Assembly (NCBI GenBank): GCA_963715985.1
Contig: CAVQSP010000014.1
Span: 448,001 to 512,000, forward strand
Origin: an uncultured Thermoleophilia bacterium
GTDB taxonomy: Bacteria; Actinomycetota; Thermoleophilia; UBA2241
Length of the DNA stretch: 64,000 nt
Direction of reading: 5' to 3'
The position numbers and the translations under genes were made by a program. The stretch's first letter is position 1, and each line of letters begins with the position of its first letter. The notes beneath the pieces were generated by a model. The model saw nothing but the letters and a program-made list of their open reading frames with translations, had not been told where the DNA came from and searched no databases. This document shows, piece after piece, positions 32,189-43,640 of the stretch.

Positions 32189-32190
32189 GC

Positions 32191-33192
32191 ATGGAGATCA
32201 CCGTCGTCGGGTCGGGCAGCTGGGGCAGCGCCTTTTCGCGGCTGTTGGCGCGCCGCGGGCACGTGGTGCAGGTGCTCACGCTCACGGCCGGGGAAGCCGC
32301 CCAGCTGAACGCGACCCACGAGAACCCGCACTTCCTGCCGGGAGTGACCCTGCCCGCCGAGGTGCGCTTCGTGGCCATGGCGGATGCCGACGTGTCGGCG
32401 GCGGAGCTCGTCGTATACGCCGTGCCCACGCAGCACGTGCGCGAGGTGGCGCGCTGGGCAGCTCCTCGTCGCGCCTCGACCTCACTGCAACTCTCCCTGG
32501 CCAAGGGCTACGAGCTGGGCACGCTCAAGCGGCCGACGCAGGTCATCGAAGAGGAGACGGGCTCGCCTGCGGCGGCCCTCTCCGGCCCCAACCACGCGGA
32601 GGAGGTCGGCAGGGACATGCCGTCGGCCACCGTGATCGCCGCCGCCGACGAGGCCATGGCGCTCACCCTTCAGGCGGCCGTGACCAGCGACACCTTTCGC
32701 GTGTACAGCAACGACGACGTCGTGGGGGTCGAGTTCTGCGGCGCGGCCAAGAACCCCATCGCCGTGGCCGTCGGCATGTCGGACGGTCTGGGGTTCGGCG
32801 ACAACTCGCGCGCCGGCCTCATCACGCGCAGCGTCGCGGAGATGACGCGGCTGGGCGTGATCCAGGGCGCGCACATCGGCACCTTCATGGGCCTCGCCGG
32901 CCTCGGCGACCTCATCGCCACCTGCACGTCGCGGCACAGCCGCAACCGTCTGGCCGGCGAGCTGCTGGCCAAGGGCGCCTCGCCGGCCGAGGTGGAGGCC
33001 GAGGTGGGCCAGGTCGTGGAGGGCATCCCCACGGCGTACGCCCTCCACGACCTGGCCGGCCGCCTCGGCATCGACATGCCGGTCACCGAGAACGTCTACC
33101 AGGTGCTCGAGGGCCGGCGCACGCCGCAGGAGAGCGTGGCCGATCTCATGGGCCGTGCGCCCAAGAAGGAGCGGCACGATCAGGAAGCATAG
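32191..33192 (+). CDS. gpsA: NAD(P)H-dependent glycerol-3-phosphate dehydrogenase
   Basis: GSGSWG, SGPNHA, KN, GLGDLIATC.S..SRN. Confidence 0.96.
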   Translation: MEITVVGSGSWGSAFSRLLARRGHVVQVLTLTAGEAAQLNATHENPHFLPGVTLPAEVRFVAMADADVSAAELVVYAVPTQHVREVARWAAPRRASTSLQLSLAKGYELGTLKRPTQVIEEETGSPAAALSGPNHAEEVGRDMPSATVIAAADEAMALTLQAAVTSDTFRVYSNDDVVGVEFCGAAKNPIAVAVGMSDGLGFGDNSRAGLITRSVAEMTRLGVIQGAHIGTFMGLAGLGDLIATCTSRHSRNRLAGELLAKGASPAEVEAEVGQVVEGIPTAYALHDLAGRLGIDMPVTENVYQVLEGRRTPQESVADLMGRAPKKERHDQEA

Positions 33193-33272
33193 GAGGCTCC
33201 GGCGCCGGGCGCCGTGAGGCGCGTCTCCCGAGAGTCAGCCTCCGCGCCACGTCTCGCGAAGGAGCTTGAGCG

Positions 33273-34317
33273 GTGACAAAGCCCAGCCTGTCTACACTCG
33301 CGGTCGCCCTGGCAGTCCGCAGCTCTGGCTCTCATCGCCCCTGCGCTCGCGGCAGCCGTGCCTCCGCCGCCGGGGTCGCCCGTGTCCGCCGACCCGGACA
33401 AGCCCAACCCCGTCGGCGTCAGGGACGTGCGCAAGGGCATCGCTCCCGGCGATCCCGCGCCCGGACGCCCCGGCCGGACCGCGGCCGCTGTGCGACAGGA
33501 CAGGATCCTCACCGTCCTCGTGGAGTTCGCCGGCACGGACAACGTGGACGGCACCACGTACTCAGGGCCGTTGCACAACCACATCCCCGAGCCCGAGGCC
33601 GGCGACGACGTCACCTACTGGATCCCCGACTTCTCGGCCGCTCACTACCGGGAGATGCTCTTCGGCACCGCGCCCGGAGCGCGCTCGATGTCCACGTACT
33701 TCCTCCAGCAGTCGGGGGGCACGTTCACGGTCGGGGGCGACATCTACGGGTGGGTCGAGATCCCCCACTCGGAGGCGTACTACCGCGCCGCCGGCGGGGC
33801 CCGCATGCCCGAGCTGGTGAGGAACGCGGTGCAGGCGCTGGGCGACACCGTCCCCTGGGCGCACTACGACGCGGACCACGACGGGCTGGTCGACCACATC
33901 CAGTTCGTCCACGCCGGCGCCGAGATCGCCGGCGGCTGGACCATCTGGGCGCACTCGTCCACGCTGGACCCGGTGGTGCCCACCGGGGTGGGAGGCGTGT
34001 CGGTGGGCCCGTACACCATCGAGCCGGAGAACGGCACCATCGGCGTCTTCTGCCACGAGTTCGCCCACGACCTGGGGTTGCCCGACCTCTACGACACCAC
34101 CAACGGCGGCGAGGCCAGCACGGGGTACTGGACCCTGATGAGCAGCGGGTCCTGGGTGGGTGCCAAGGGGGAGGCGCCGGGGACCGCGCCGCCCAGCCTG
34201 AGCCCGTGGGAGCGGGGCGAGTGCGGGCGGGCTGGTCACGGTGGACTACTCGAAGCCCGTGGCGGCGCCACGCTGAGCGCCGCCGCCGCGGTTCTCTCCG
34301 TCGTGACCGTCTGGTAG
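33273..34317 (+). CDS. M6 family (immune inhibitor A-like) metalloprotease catalytic domain; both ends frameshifted or uncertain
   Basis: [46 protein letters not shown]. Confidence 0.8.
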
Positions 34318-34436
34318 ACTCGCCTTCGGCTCGCGCCGTGCGCTTCGGCGTGCTCTCCGGGCGCCGCGCAGCCGCCAGACGCTCGCTTCAACCCGCGCCG
34401 GCACCCTCCGCGCCGTGCGCAGTTCCAGGAGGCACG

Positions 34437-35652
34437 GTGGAGAAGAGGAATCACCTGTTCACGTCGGAGTCGGTCACCGAAGGCCACCCCGACAAGCTCG
34501 CCGACCAGATCTCGGACTCTATCCTCGACGCCATCCTCGGCGAGGACCCCTACGGCCGCGTGGCCTGCGAGACGCTGGTCACCACCGGTCTCGCCTTCGT
34601 GGCCGGCGAGATCACCACGGAGTGCTACGTCGACATCCCCAAGATCGTCCGCGAGACGGTCAAGAACGTCGGCTACACCAACGCGCTCTACGGCTACGAC
34701 TACGAGACCTGCGGCGTCATGGTGGCCATCGACGAGCAGTCGCCGGACATCGGCCAGGGTGTCAGCAAGGCCCTGGAGGTTCGCACCGACGTCAATGACG
34801 ACGACGTGCTCGACTCGCAGGGCGCCGGTGACCAGGGCATGATGTTCGGCTTCGCCTGCACCGAGACGCCCGAGCTCATGCCGCTGCCCATCTCGCTGGC
34901 GCACAAGCTCGCGCACCGGCTCGCCGACGTGCGTAAGGCGGAGATCCTTCCCTACCTGCGCCCGGACGGCAAGTCACAGGTCACCGTGCGCTACGAGGAC
35001 GGCAAGCCGGTGGAGATCGTCAAGGTCGTGCTCGCCTCCCAGCACGCGGAGAGCGCCGACCTGCAGAGCATCATCTACCCGGACCTCATCGAGCACGTCG
35101 TGGAGCCGATCCTGCCCAAGACCATGTACGACGTGAACAAGATCGAGGACATCACCGTCATCAACGCCACCGGCAAGTTCGTCATCGGCGGGCCCATGGG
35201 CGACTGCGGCCTCACGGGCCGCAAGATCGTCGTGGACACGTACGGCGGCGCCGCGCCGCACGGCGGCGGCGCCTTCTCGGGCAAGGACCCCAGCAAGGTG
35301 GACCGCTCCGGCGCCTACGCCGCGCGCTACGTGGCCAAGAACATCGTGGCCGCCGGCCTCGCGGAGCGCTGCCAGGTGCAGGTGGCCTACGCCATCGGCG
35401 TCGCCCACCCGGTGTCGGTGATGGTCGACTGCGAAGGTACCAGAAGCCGTCGAGATCGCCCTCATCGAGCAGCTCATCAGCGAGCACTTCGACCTGCGTC
35501 CGGCCGCCATCCTTCGCGACCTGGACCTGCGCCGGCCCATCTACCGGAAGACGGCCGCCTACGGCCATTTCGGCCGCAACGACCACGACTTCACGTGGGA
35601 GCGTACCGACAAGGCCAAGGCTCTGCGCGCGGCCGCCGGCCTCAAGGATTGA
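34437..35652 (+). CDS. metK: S-adenosylmethionine synthetase (frameshift near 35441)
   Basis: [35 protein letters not shown]. Confidence 0.97.
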
Positions 35653-35721
35653 GCGACGGAAGAAGACTCAACGACAGGTGCACCGCAGGGGCACACATCA
35701 TTGAGCCTCTCCGCGCACGCG

Positions 35722-35757
35722 AAGACGGCGGCGTAGCGTGAGCTACGCCGCCGTCTT
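35722..35757 (+). terminator. Perfect 16-bp hairpin with a GNRA loop that contains the priA start codon
   Basis: AAGACGGCGGCGTAGC-GTGA-GCTACGCCGCCGTCTT. Confidence 0.6.
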
Positions 35758-38118
35758 TCCGCTGGTGCGCACGCGCGCCTTCTCGGGCGCCTTCGACTAC
35801 TCCATCCCGCCGGACCTGGAGGATCGCGTCCGGCCCGGCGTGCTCGTCGCCGTGCCCCTCGGCCCCCAGACGGTCATCGGCGTGGTGCTGGCGGTCGGCG
35901 ACTCCACCGCGCACACGGGCCGCGTCGTGCCTGTCCGCGACCTCCTCGACGTGCCGGCCATCCCCGCCGATCTGCTCGAGCTGGCCCGCGAGGTGGAGCG
36001 CTACTACCTCACGTCCTTCTCCGCGGCGCTGGCGCTCGTGTGCCCGCCGACGGGAGCCCTCAAGATCGTGCGCAGGTACGAGCTCACGCCGGCCGGCGAG
36101 GCCGCGCGGGCGGCGGGGGAGGAGGCTCTCGACGAGGTCGCCGGCTTGCGTCTGCCGGCGGGTTCCGCGACCAGGCTCGCGGAGAAGTACCGGCGCAAGG
36201 GCTGGCTGCGGATCTCTTACCGAGTACACATCGCGGGAGCCACGCCGGCGTGCCGCGAGCTCGCACGCGGCGACGTCACGCCGGCGCGCCTCGGCCCCAG
36301 GCAGCGCGCCGCCCTTGAGCTCGTGGAGAAGAGCGGGGTCGCCGACGATGTCACGGTGCGCGCCGCCACGGGGCTCTCTCTGCCTGGGCTGCGGCGCCTG
36401 CTGGACGCGGGGGCACTCGTCGAGAGCGCCGTCCTGGCTGCCGGCGTGGCGGACGGCGGCGGACCGGACGCTCCGGCCGGTCCGGCTGCGGCCCAGGCGG
36501 CTCGCCTGATCGCCTGCGCCACACTCACGGACGTCCCGGACCTGCTGCCCGAACAGCGCGCCGCGGCGCACACCGTGCTCTGCGAGGCGCGCCCCGGCGA
36601 GGAGGTCCTGCTGCACGGCGTGACCGGTAGCGGCAAGACCGAGGTGTACCTGCAGGCGGCCCAGGCCGCGCTGGAGGGCGGTCGTTCGGTGCTCTTCCTG
36701 GTCCCGGAGATCGGGCTCACCGGCCAGACGGTGGCGCGCGTGCATGAGCGCTTCTCGCTGCACAAGGTGGCCGTGCTGCACTCCGGGCTCACGGCCCGCG
36801 AGCGGCTGCTCTCCTACCGCGCCATCGCCGCCGGCGAGGTGCGCATCGTGGTGGGGGCGCGGTCGGCGGTGTTCGCGCCGCTGCAGGACCTCGCGCTCGT
36901 GGTCGTGGACGAAGAGCACGACACCAGCTACAAGCAGGAGAGTGAGCCCGCCTACGACGCGCGCACGGTGGCGCGCTGGCGGGCGGCGCGCAGCGGCGCC
37001 GTGGTCGTGCTCGGCTCCGCCACCCCCAGCGTGGAGGCGTACGCGCGCGTGCACGCTGCACGCCGACCTGCGCCTGCGCGTGGACGGCTCCACGCCGCCG
37101 GCCATGGAGATCGTCGACATGCGCGATCACCACGGCGTGTTCTCGCCGCAGCTCGCGGCGGCGCTGGCGGCGACCATCGACGCCGGCGACAAGGCCATCC
37201 TCTTCCTGAACCGCCGCGGCTTCGCCTCGTACCTGCTGTGCGACCACTGCGGCCACGCCTGGATGTGCCCGCGATTGCGACGTGACGCTCACCCTGTTCG
37301 GCGGGCAGCGGCTGCGCTGCCGCACCTGCGGGCACTCGGAGAGCGCGCCGGGCACATGCCCCGAGTGCGGCAGCGGCGACCTCGTGCGGCACGGTTTCGG
37401 CACGGAGCGTTTGGAGCGCGAGGTCCGCGAGCTGCTGCCGGGCGTCGAGCTCCTGCGCCTCGATTCGGACGTGGCCGCCTCCTACGGGCGCTTGCGCGCC
37501 GTACTCGACCAGTTCGCGGCGCCCGGGCCCAAGGTGCTGGTCGGCACGCAGATGATCGCCAAGGGCCATCACTTCCCCGACGTCACGCTCGTGGGCGTGG
37601 TCAACGCCGACCTCACCCTGCACTTCCCGGACTTCCGCGCCGAGGAGCACACGTTCGCGATGCTCGTGCAGGTAGCCGGCCGCAGCGGCCGCGGCGACCA
37701 TCCCGGGCGCGTGGTGGTGCAGACACTGAGCCCGGAGGCGCGTCCCATCGCCATGGCCGCCGCGGCGGAGGACGAGCGCTTCTACGCGGAGGAGCTGGAC
37801 CGCCGCCGCGAGCTCGGCTACCCGCCGGCGGGCTCGCTGGTGGCGCTGGAGCTCTCGGGCACGGACGAGGAGAAGGTGAGCGTGGCCGGCCGCTTCACGG
37901 CCGAGCGGCTCGCGGCGCGCCTCTCGCACGGCGAGAGCGTGCTCGGCCCGGGTCCCCTGTGGCGCGAGCGCGGCCGGCACGCCTGCCGGGTTGTAGTGAA
38001 GACGGCGCAAACCGGGCAGACTCTGGACAGTCTGCGCGCGTGGCTGGGCGCCAACCGCGACCGGTTCGCGGAGCGAGGTGTCAGGCTCGTGCCGGACGTC
38101 GACCCGCAGTGGCTCTGA
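35738..38118 (+). CDS. priA: Primosomal protein N' (frameshifts near 37054 and 37275)
   Basis: [25 protein letters not shown], CxxC pairs, [20 protein letters not shown]. Confidence 0.95.
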
Positions 38119-38140
38119 CAGGCTGAGGTACCATACACAC

Positions 38141-38720
38141 ATGAGCGAGAACGCACAGAACGAACAGGAGCGCGCCGAGCTCACGCGTCGTGAGCGCGAG
38201 GCGCGCAGGGAGATACACGTCATCGGCGACCCGGTGCTGCGCGAGCGCGCGCGCGAGGTCGTGGACTTCGACCGCGGCCTGCGCAAGCTCGCCAAGCGCA
38301 TGATACGCGTGATGCACGACGCGCCGGGCGTGGGCCTCGCGGCTCCGCAGGTCGGCGTGCTGCAGCGGCTGCTGGTGTACGACGTGGACGAGGACCCGCA
38401 GGTGCTCGTGAACCCCGAGCTCGACGAGTTCTCGGACGAAGTGGAAGAGGCCGACGAGGGTTGCCTGAGCGTGCCGGGGCTCACGATGCCGGTGGAACGG
38501 CCGGTGAGCCTGCGGGTGCGCGCCGAAGGACGCCTACGGCGAGCCTCTGGAGTTTCGCGCCGAGGGGTTCGAGGCGCGAGTCATCCAGCACGAGTTCGAC
38601 CATCTCGAGGGTGTGCTCATCGTCGACCGCACCTCGCGCAGCGCCCGCGCCGCCGCCATGCGCTCCCTGCGCGAGCGCGAGAGTGCCGGTGTGACCGGCG
38701 CGGTCGGCGGGGGTCTGTGA
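38141..38720 (+). CDS. def: Peptide deformylase (frameshift near 38526)
   Basis: GVGLAAPQVG, EGCLS, QHEFDHL. Confidence 0.94.
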
Positions 38721-39628
38721 GCGGTCCGCGCTACGTCTACGCCGGCACGGCGCCGTTCGCCGAGCTGGTGCTCGCGGGCCTGCTGCGCGCCGGCCGCGCG
38801 CCCGTGGCCGTGCTCACCAGCCCGGACCGCCCCAAGGGCCGTCACGGCACGCCGCAGCCTCCGGGCGTCAAGCTGGCGGCGCTCGAGCGCGGCCTTCCCG
38901 TCCTGCAGCCCGAGGCGGTGTCGTCTCCGGGTGCCGTGCGCGAGCTGCTGAGCTTCGAGCCGCAGGTCCTGGCCGTGTGCGCCTACGGGCAGATCGTCGC
39001 CCAGGGCCTGCTGGACGAGCTGCCCGTCGTCGTCGTGCATCCGTCGCTGGTGCCTCGCTGGCGAGGCGCCGCGCCGGTCGAGCGCGCCCTCATGGCCGGG
39101 GAGACCGAGCTCGGCGTGACCACGCTCAAGATGACGGCGGGCGTCGACGAGGGACCGGTGGGTGACACCCGGCTGGTGCACGTGCCCGCCGACGCGGACG
39201 CGGGGCGCGCGTACCAGCTGCTCGCTCCGGCCGCCGTGGACGGCCTCATCGCGACGCTTGACGGCGTCGCGGCCGGGACCGTGAGCTGGGCGGAGCAGCG
39301 CGGCACGCCGAGCTACGCCGACAAGATCGGCCCGGACGACAAGATCATCGACTGGACCCGCGCGGCGCGGGACATCGTCAACCAGATTCGCGCCCTCTCT
39401 CCGCACATCGGCGCCGTCACCGAGCTGCTGGGCACGCGCACGCGGGTGTGGCGCGCGGCCGTGGGGGAAGGTCCGCAGCCTGAGCCCGGTCCCGCGCACC
39501 TGGCACTGCCCGCCGGCGACGGCTGGGTGGATGTGTTCGAGGTGCAGCAGGACGGCCGCGCGCGCGTGAGCGCCGCGGAGTTCCTCCGCGGCGCCGGCCG
39601 CGCGCTGGCGTCGAGGCCGGCTCCATGA
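38717..39628 (+). CDS. fmt: Methionyl-tRNA formyltransferase
   Basis: AGTAPFA, PDRPKGR, HPSLVPRWRGAAP. Confidence 0.94.
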   Translation: MSGPRYVYAGTAPFAELVLAGLLRAGRAPVAVLTSPDRPKGRHGTPQPPGVKLAALERGLPVLQPEAVSSPGAVRELLSFEPQVLAVCAYGQIVAQGLLDELPVVVVHPSLVPRWRGAAPVERALMAGETELGVTTLKMTAGVDEGPVGDTRLVHVPADADAGRAYQLLAPAAVDGLIATLDGVAAGTVSWAEQRGTPSYADKIGPDDKIIDWTRAARDIVNQIRALSPHIGAVTELLGTRTRVWRAAVGEGPQPEPGPAHLALPAGDGWVDVFEVQQDGRARVSAAEFLRGAGRALASRPAP

Positions 39629-40990
39629 CCGCCACCGGGCCGGGCGGGGTGAGCCCGGCGCGGGCCGCCGCCTGGCAGGCGCTGCTGCGCCTGCGCGCCG
39701 GCGGCGGGCGCTTCGACGATTCGCTCGCGGCGCTGCCCGAGCTGGAGGCGCTCGCCGACCGCGACAGGGCGCTTGCCAACGAGCTCGTGGTCGGCACCGT
39801 CAAACGCCGCGGCATCTGTGGACGCGGTGCTCGCTGAGTTCACCAACGCGCCTCTGTCGCGCACCGATCCGCGCGTCCTCGAGGCTCTGAGGCTCGCCGC
39901 CTTCCAGCTGCTCTTTCTCGACCGGGTGCCCGCGTATGCCGTCGTGGACGACGCCGTGGCGCAGGTCGGCGGACGCGGACGCAAGACGCAGGGCTTCGTC
40001 AACGCGGTGCTGCGGCAGGTGGCCGCAGAGGGGAGGACGCGCCTGGCCGCCCTCGGCGAGGGCGACGGGGCGCGCGCGTGGTCGGTGCGCTACTCCTGCC
40101 CCGTCTGGCTGGTCAAGCTGCTGCGGCGGGAGCTCGGCGACGCCGCGGCTGCCGGTTTCCTGGCAGCCGCGATCGCGCCGCCGGAACGTTGCCTGCGGGT
40201 GAACACGCTCAAGACCGGCGAGGCGGCGGCGCGGGCGGCGCTGGCCGCCGCCGGCTTCGCCGTGCAGGGCGTTCTCGGCCTGCCGGCCGGGCTCGTGTAC
40301 GAGGGACCGCCGCTGGAGCGGTCGCAGCCGTTCCGCGACGGCCTCGTGACGCCGCAGTCGCGCGGCTCCCAGGTCGCCGGTCTCGTGGCCGCCACCGCGC
40401 CGGGCGGCGGCGGCGACGTGCTGGACCTGTGCGCGGCGCCGGGCACCAAGACCGCCCAGCTCGCCGCCGCCCTCCCGCAGGCCCGCCTCACGGCCGTGGA
40501 CGTCGACGAGGCGCGCCTGGAGGCCATGCGCGCCAACCTCGCCCGTCTGGGGGCGGACCACGTCGAGGCGGTCGCCGCCGATGCGCTGGAGCTCCCGGCG
40601 TCGTTCGAGGCGGCCTTCGACTCCGTTCTGCTGGACGCGCCGTGCAGCGGCCTGGGCACGCTGGCCTCGCGGGCCGACCTGCGCTGGCGGCGGCGCGAGG
40701 CCGACGTGGACCGTCTCGCCCAGCTCCAGCGCCGCCTGATCCGCCGGGCGGCCGCCTGCGTGCGGCCCGGCGGCGCGCTCACCTACGCCGTGTGCACCCT
40801 GCCCCGCGCCGAGACCGTGGACGTGGTGGACACCCTCCTCGCGCAGGGAGGGTGGGGCCTCGACGACCTCGGCGCCGCCTGGCCGGAGCTGCGGCACCCC
40901 GCCGCCGGCGGCTGCCTGCTCGTGCTGCCGCCGGAGCACGGCTCCAGCGGCTTCTTCGTCGCCCGGCTGCGCCGCCGACCCGCGGGGTAG
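39625..40990 (+). CDS. rsmB: 16S rRNA m5C967 methyltransferase (frameshift near 39814)
   Basis: NusB-like N-terminus (GFVNAVLR), DLCAAPG.K, DAPCSGLG, Y.VC. Confidence 0.9.
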
Positions 40991-41041
40991 AATGAGTGCG
41001 GCGCCGGGACCGGCGCCGCCCCGGCTCGCGGAGGGAACGCC

Positions 41042-41722
<681 letters not shown>

Positions 41723-41740
41723 TCGACACGGACCATCAAG

Positions 41741-41854
41741 CTGCTTCGGGGCGGGGTGAGACTCCCCACCGGCGGTAACAGCCCGCGAGCCTCCTCGGAG
41801 GCCGACCAGGTGGAACTCCTGGGCCGACGGTCACAGTCCGGATGAGAGAAGCAG
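41741..41854 (+). ncRNA. FMN riboswitch (RFN element)
   Basis: CTTCGGGGCGGGGTGAGACTCCCCACCGGCGGT...AGCCCGCGAG...GCCGACGGTCACAGTCCGGATGAGAGAAG; P1 CTGCTTC/GAAGCAG; upstream of ribD; TATAAT at 41718-41723. Confidence 0.96.
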
Positions 41855-41905
41855 ATCGCGCCTGTGTGCGCGTCGCACGCCCTGGAGCCTGTCTTCAGGG
41901 CGTTG

Positions 41906-43001
41906 GTGTCTGTGGACGACGACACGTACATGGCGCAGGCCTTCGAGCTGGCCGAGAGAGGCCGCGGCTACACGCACCCAAACCCGCTGGTCGGCGCCGT
42001 GCTGGTGCGTGACGGGCAGGATCGTGGGCAGCGGCTCTCACCTGGGGCTCGGCGAGGCGCACGCCGAGGCGGTGGCACTCGCCGCGGCCGGCGAGCTGGC
42101 CCGCGGCGCCACGCTCTACTGCACCCTCGAGCCCTGCGGCCACCAGGGGCATACGCCGCCCTGCGCCGACGCGGTGGTGGCGGCCGGCGTGGCGAGGGCG
42201 GTCGTCGCCCTTCGCGACCCCAATCCGCTGGTGGACGGCGCCGGTCTGCAACGATTGCGCGACGGCGGCGTGGAGGTCGACCTGGGCGAGGAGAGGTGGG
42301 GGGCGCGTGCTCGCGCGCAGAACGCGCCCTTCATGAAGTTCCACGCCAGCGGCCTGCCGCTGGTCACCTACAAGGCTGCGATCTCGCTGGACGGCAAGGT
42401 CGCCGCCGCCGGCGGCGACGCGCGCTGGATCAGCTGTCTCGACAGCCGCCGCGCCGTGCACCAGCTGCGCGCGGCTGTGGACGCCGTGCTGGTCGGCGCC
42501 GGCACCGTACGGCGCGACGATCCTGAGCTCACCGTGCGCCTCAGCGAGGGACGCGACCCTGTACGCGTCGTCGTGACGCACGACGGCTGGCTGCCGGAGG
42601 ACGCCAAGGTGCTGGCCACGGCTCGCGAGGTGCCCACGATCGTCCTGGCGGAGACGGCTGCGGCGCCGGCCCGCCGCCTGCTGGCGGCCCGCGGCGCCGA
42701 GCTCATCGAGTTCGGCGCGGGCGGCCTGCGCGCCGCGCTGACGGCGCTCGCCGGCCGCGGCCTCCTGGACATCCTCTGCGAGGGCGGTCCCACCCTGGCC
42801 GGCGCGCTGCTCGCCGACGGCCTCGTGGACCGCCTCCTGCTCTTCGTGGCGCCGCTCGTGGTCGGGCGCGGCGCGCCCGACCTGTTCGCGGCGCCGGCCG
42901 TCGGCTCCGTGGCGGAGGCCTGGCGCCTGCGGGACGTTGAGTGGCGGGCCGTATGCGACGACCTCATGCTGAGCGGCACGCTCGTCACCGGGGGGCGCTG
43001 A
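41906..43001 (+). CDS. ribD: Bifunctional deaminase/reductase (frameshift near 42016)
   Basis: PNPLVG, HAE, TLEPC...PPC, SLDG, EGG; start approximate. Confidence 0.93.
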
Positions 43002-43640
43002 GTGTTCACCGGCATCGTCGAGGAGGTGGGGGAGCTGCGCAGCCTGAGAGTGGGTGAGCGCAGCGCCGTGCTGGACGTCACCGCCGCCGTCGTCACGCAC
43101 GAGCTCGCCGTCGGCGACAGCGTGCTCACCGACGGGGTGTGCCTCACTGTGACCTCGCTGCGCACCGGCGGCTTCACCGCCGACGTCATGCCGGAGACGG
43201 TGCGCCGGACCACGCTCGCCGACCGGCGCCCCGGCGACCGCCTGAACCTCGAGCGTGCCCTCACCCTGAGGTCCCGTCTCGGGGGGCACCTCGTGAGCGG
43301 CCACATCGACGGCGTGGGCCAGGTCGCCTCGGTCACGCCGGAGGGCAACGCCCTGGTGGTGGCCCTGGAGGCGCCGGCTGTCGTGAGCGACGTCTCGGTG
43401 GCGCAAGGCTCCGTGGCCGTGGACGGCGTGAGCCTCACCATCGTCGCCGTCGAGGGGCGGCGCCTCACCGTGTCACTCATCCCGCACACCGCCGCCGCCA
43501 CCACGCTCTCGCGGCTGGCGCCGAGGGTGCGGGTCAATCTGGAAGCTGACCTGATCGCCAAGTACGTGTACGCGTTCGTCGCCGGCCGCAAGCCGGAGGG
43601 CGGGCTCACCTGGGAGAGACTTGCGGAAGCGGGGTTCTGA
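43002..43640 (+). CDS. ribE: Riboflavin synthase
   Basis: MFTGIVE, DGVCLTV, NLER, GGHLVSGHID. Confidence 0.96.
   Translation: MFTGIVEEVGELRSLRVGERSAVLDVTAAVVTHELAVGDSVLTDGVCLTVTSLRTGGFTADVMPETVRRTTLADRRPGDRLNLERALTLRSRLGGHLVSGHIDGVGQVASVTPEGNALVVALEAPAVVSDVSVAQGSVAVDGVSLTIVAVEGRRLTVSLIPHTAAATTLSRLAPRVRVNLEADLIAKYVYAFVAGRKPEGGLTWERLAEAGF

Noticed and set aside
33273-35741. 822-aa MetK with a long N-terminal extension
   Set aside because: The upstream part is the off-frame reading of the M6 protease; metK starts at 34437 after a GGAGG RBS.
38078-39628. Apparent Def-Fmt fusion
   Set aside because: Caused by an indel near 38526; the QHEFDHL motif and the def stop (38720) are in another frame.
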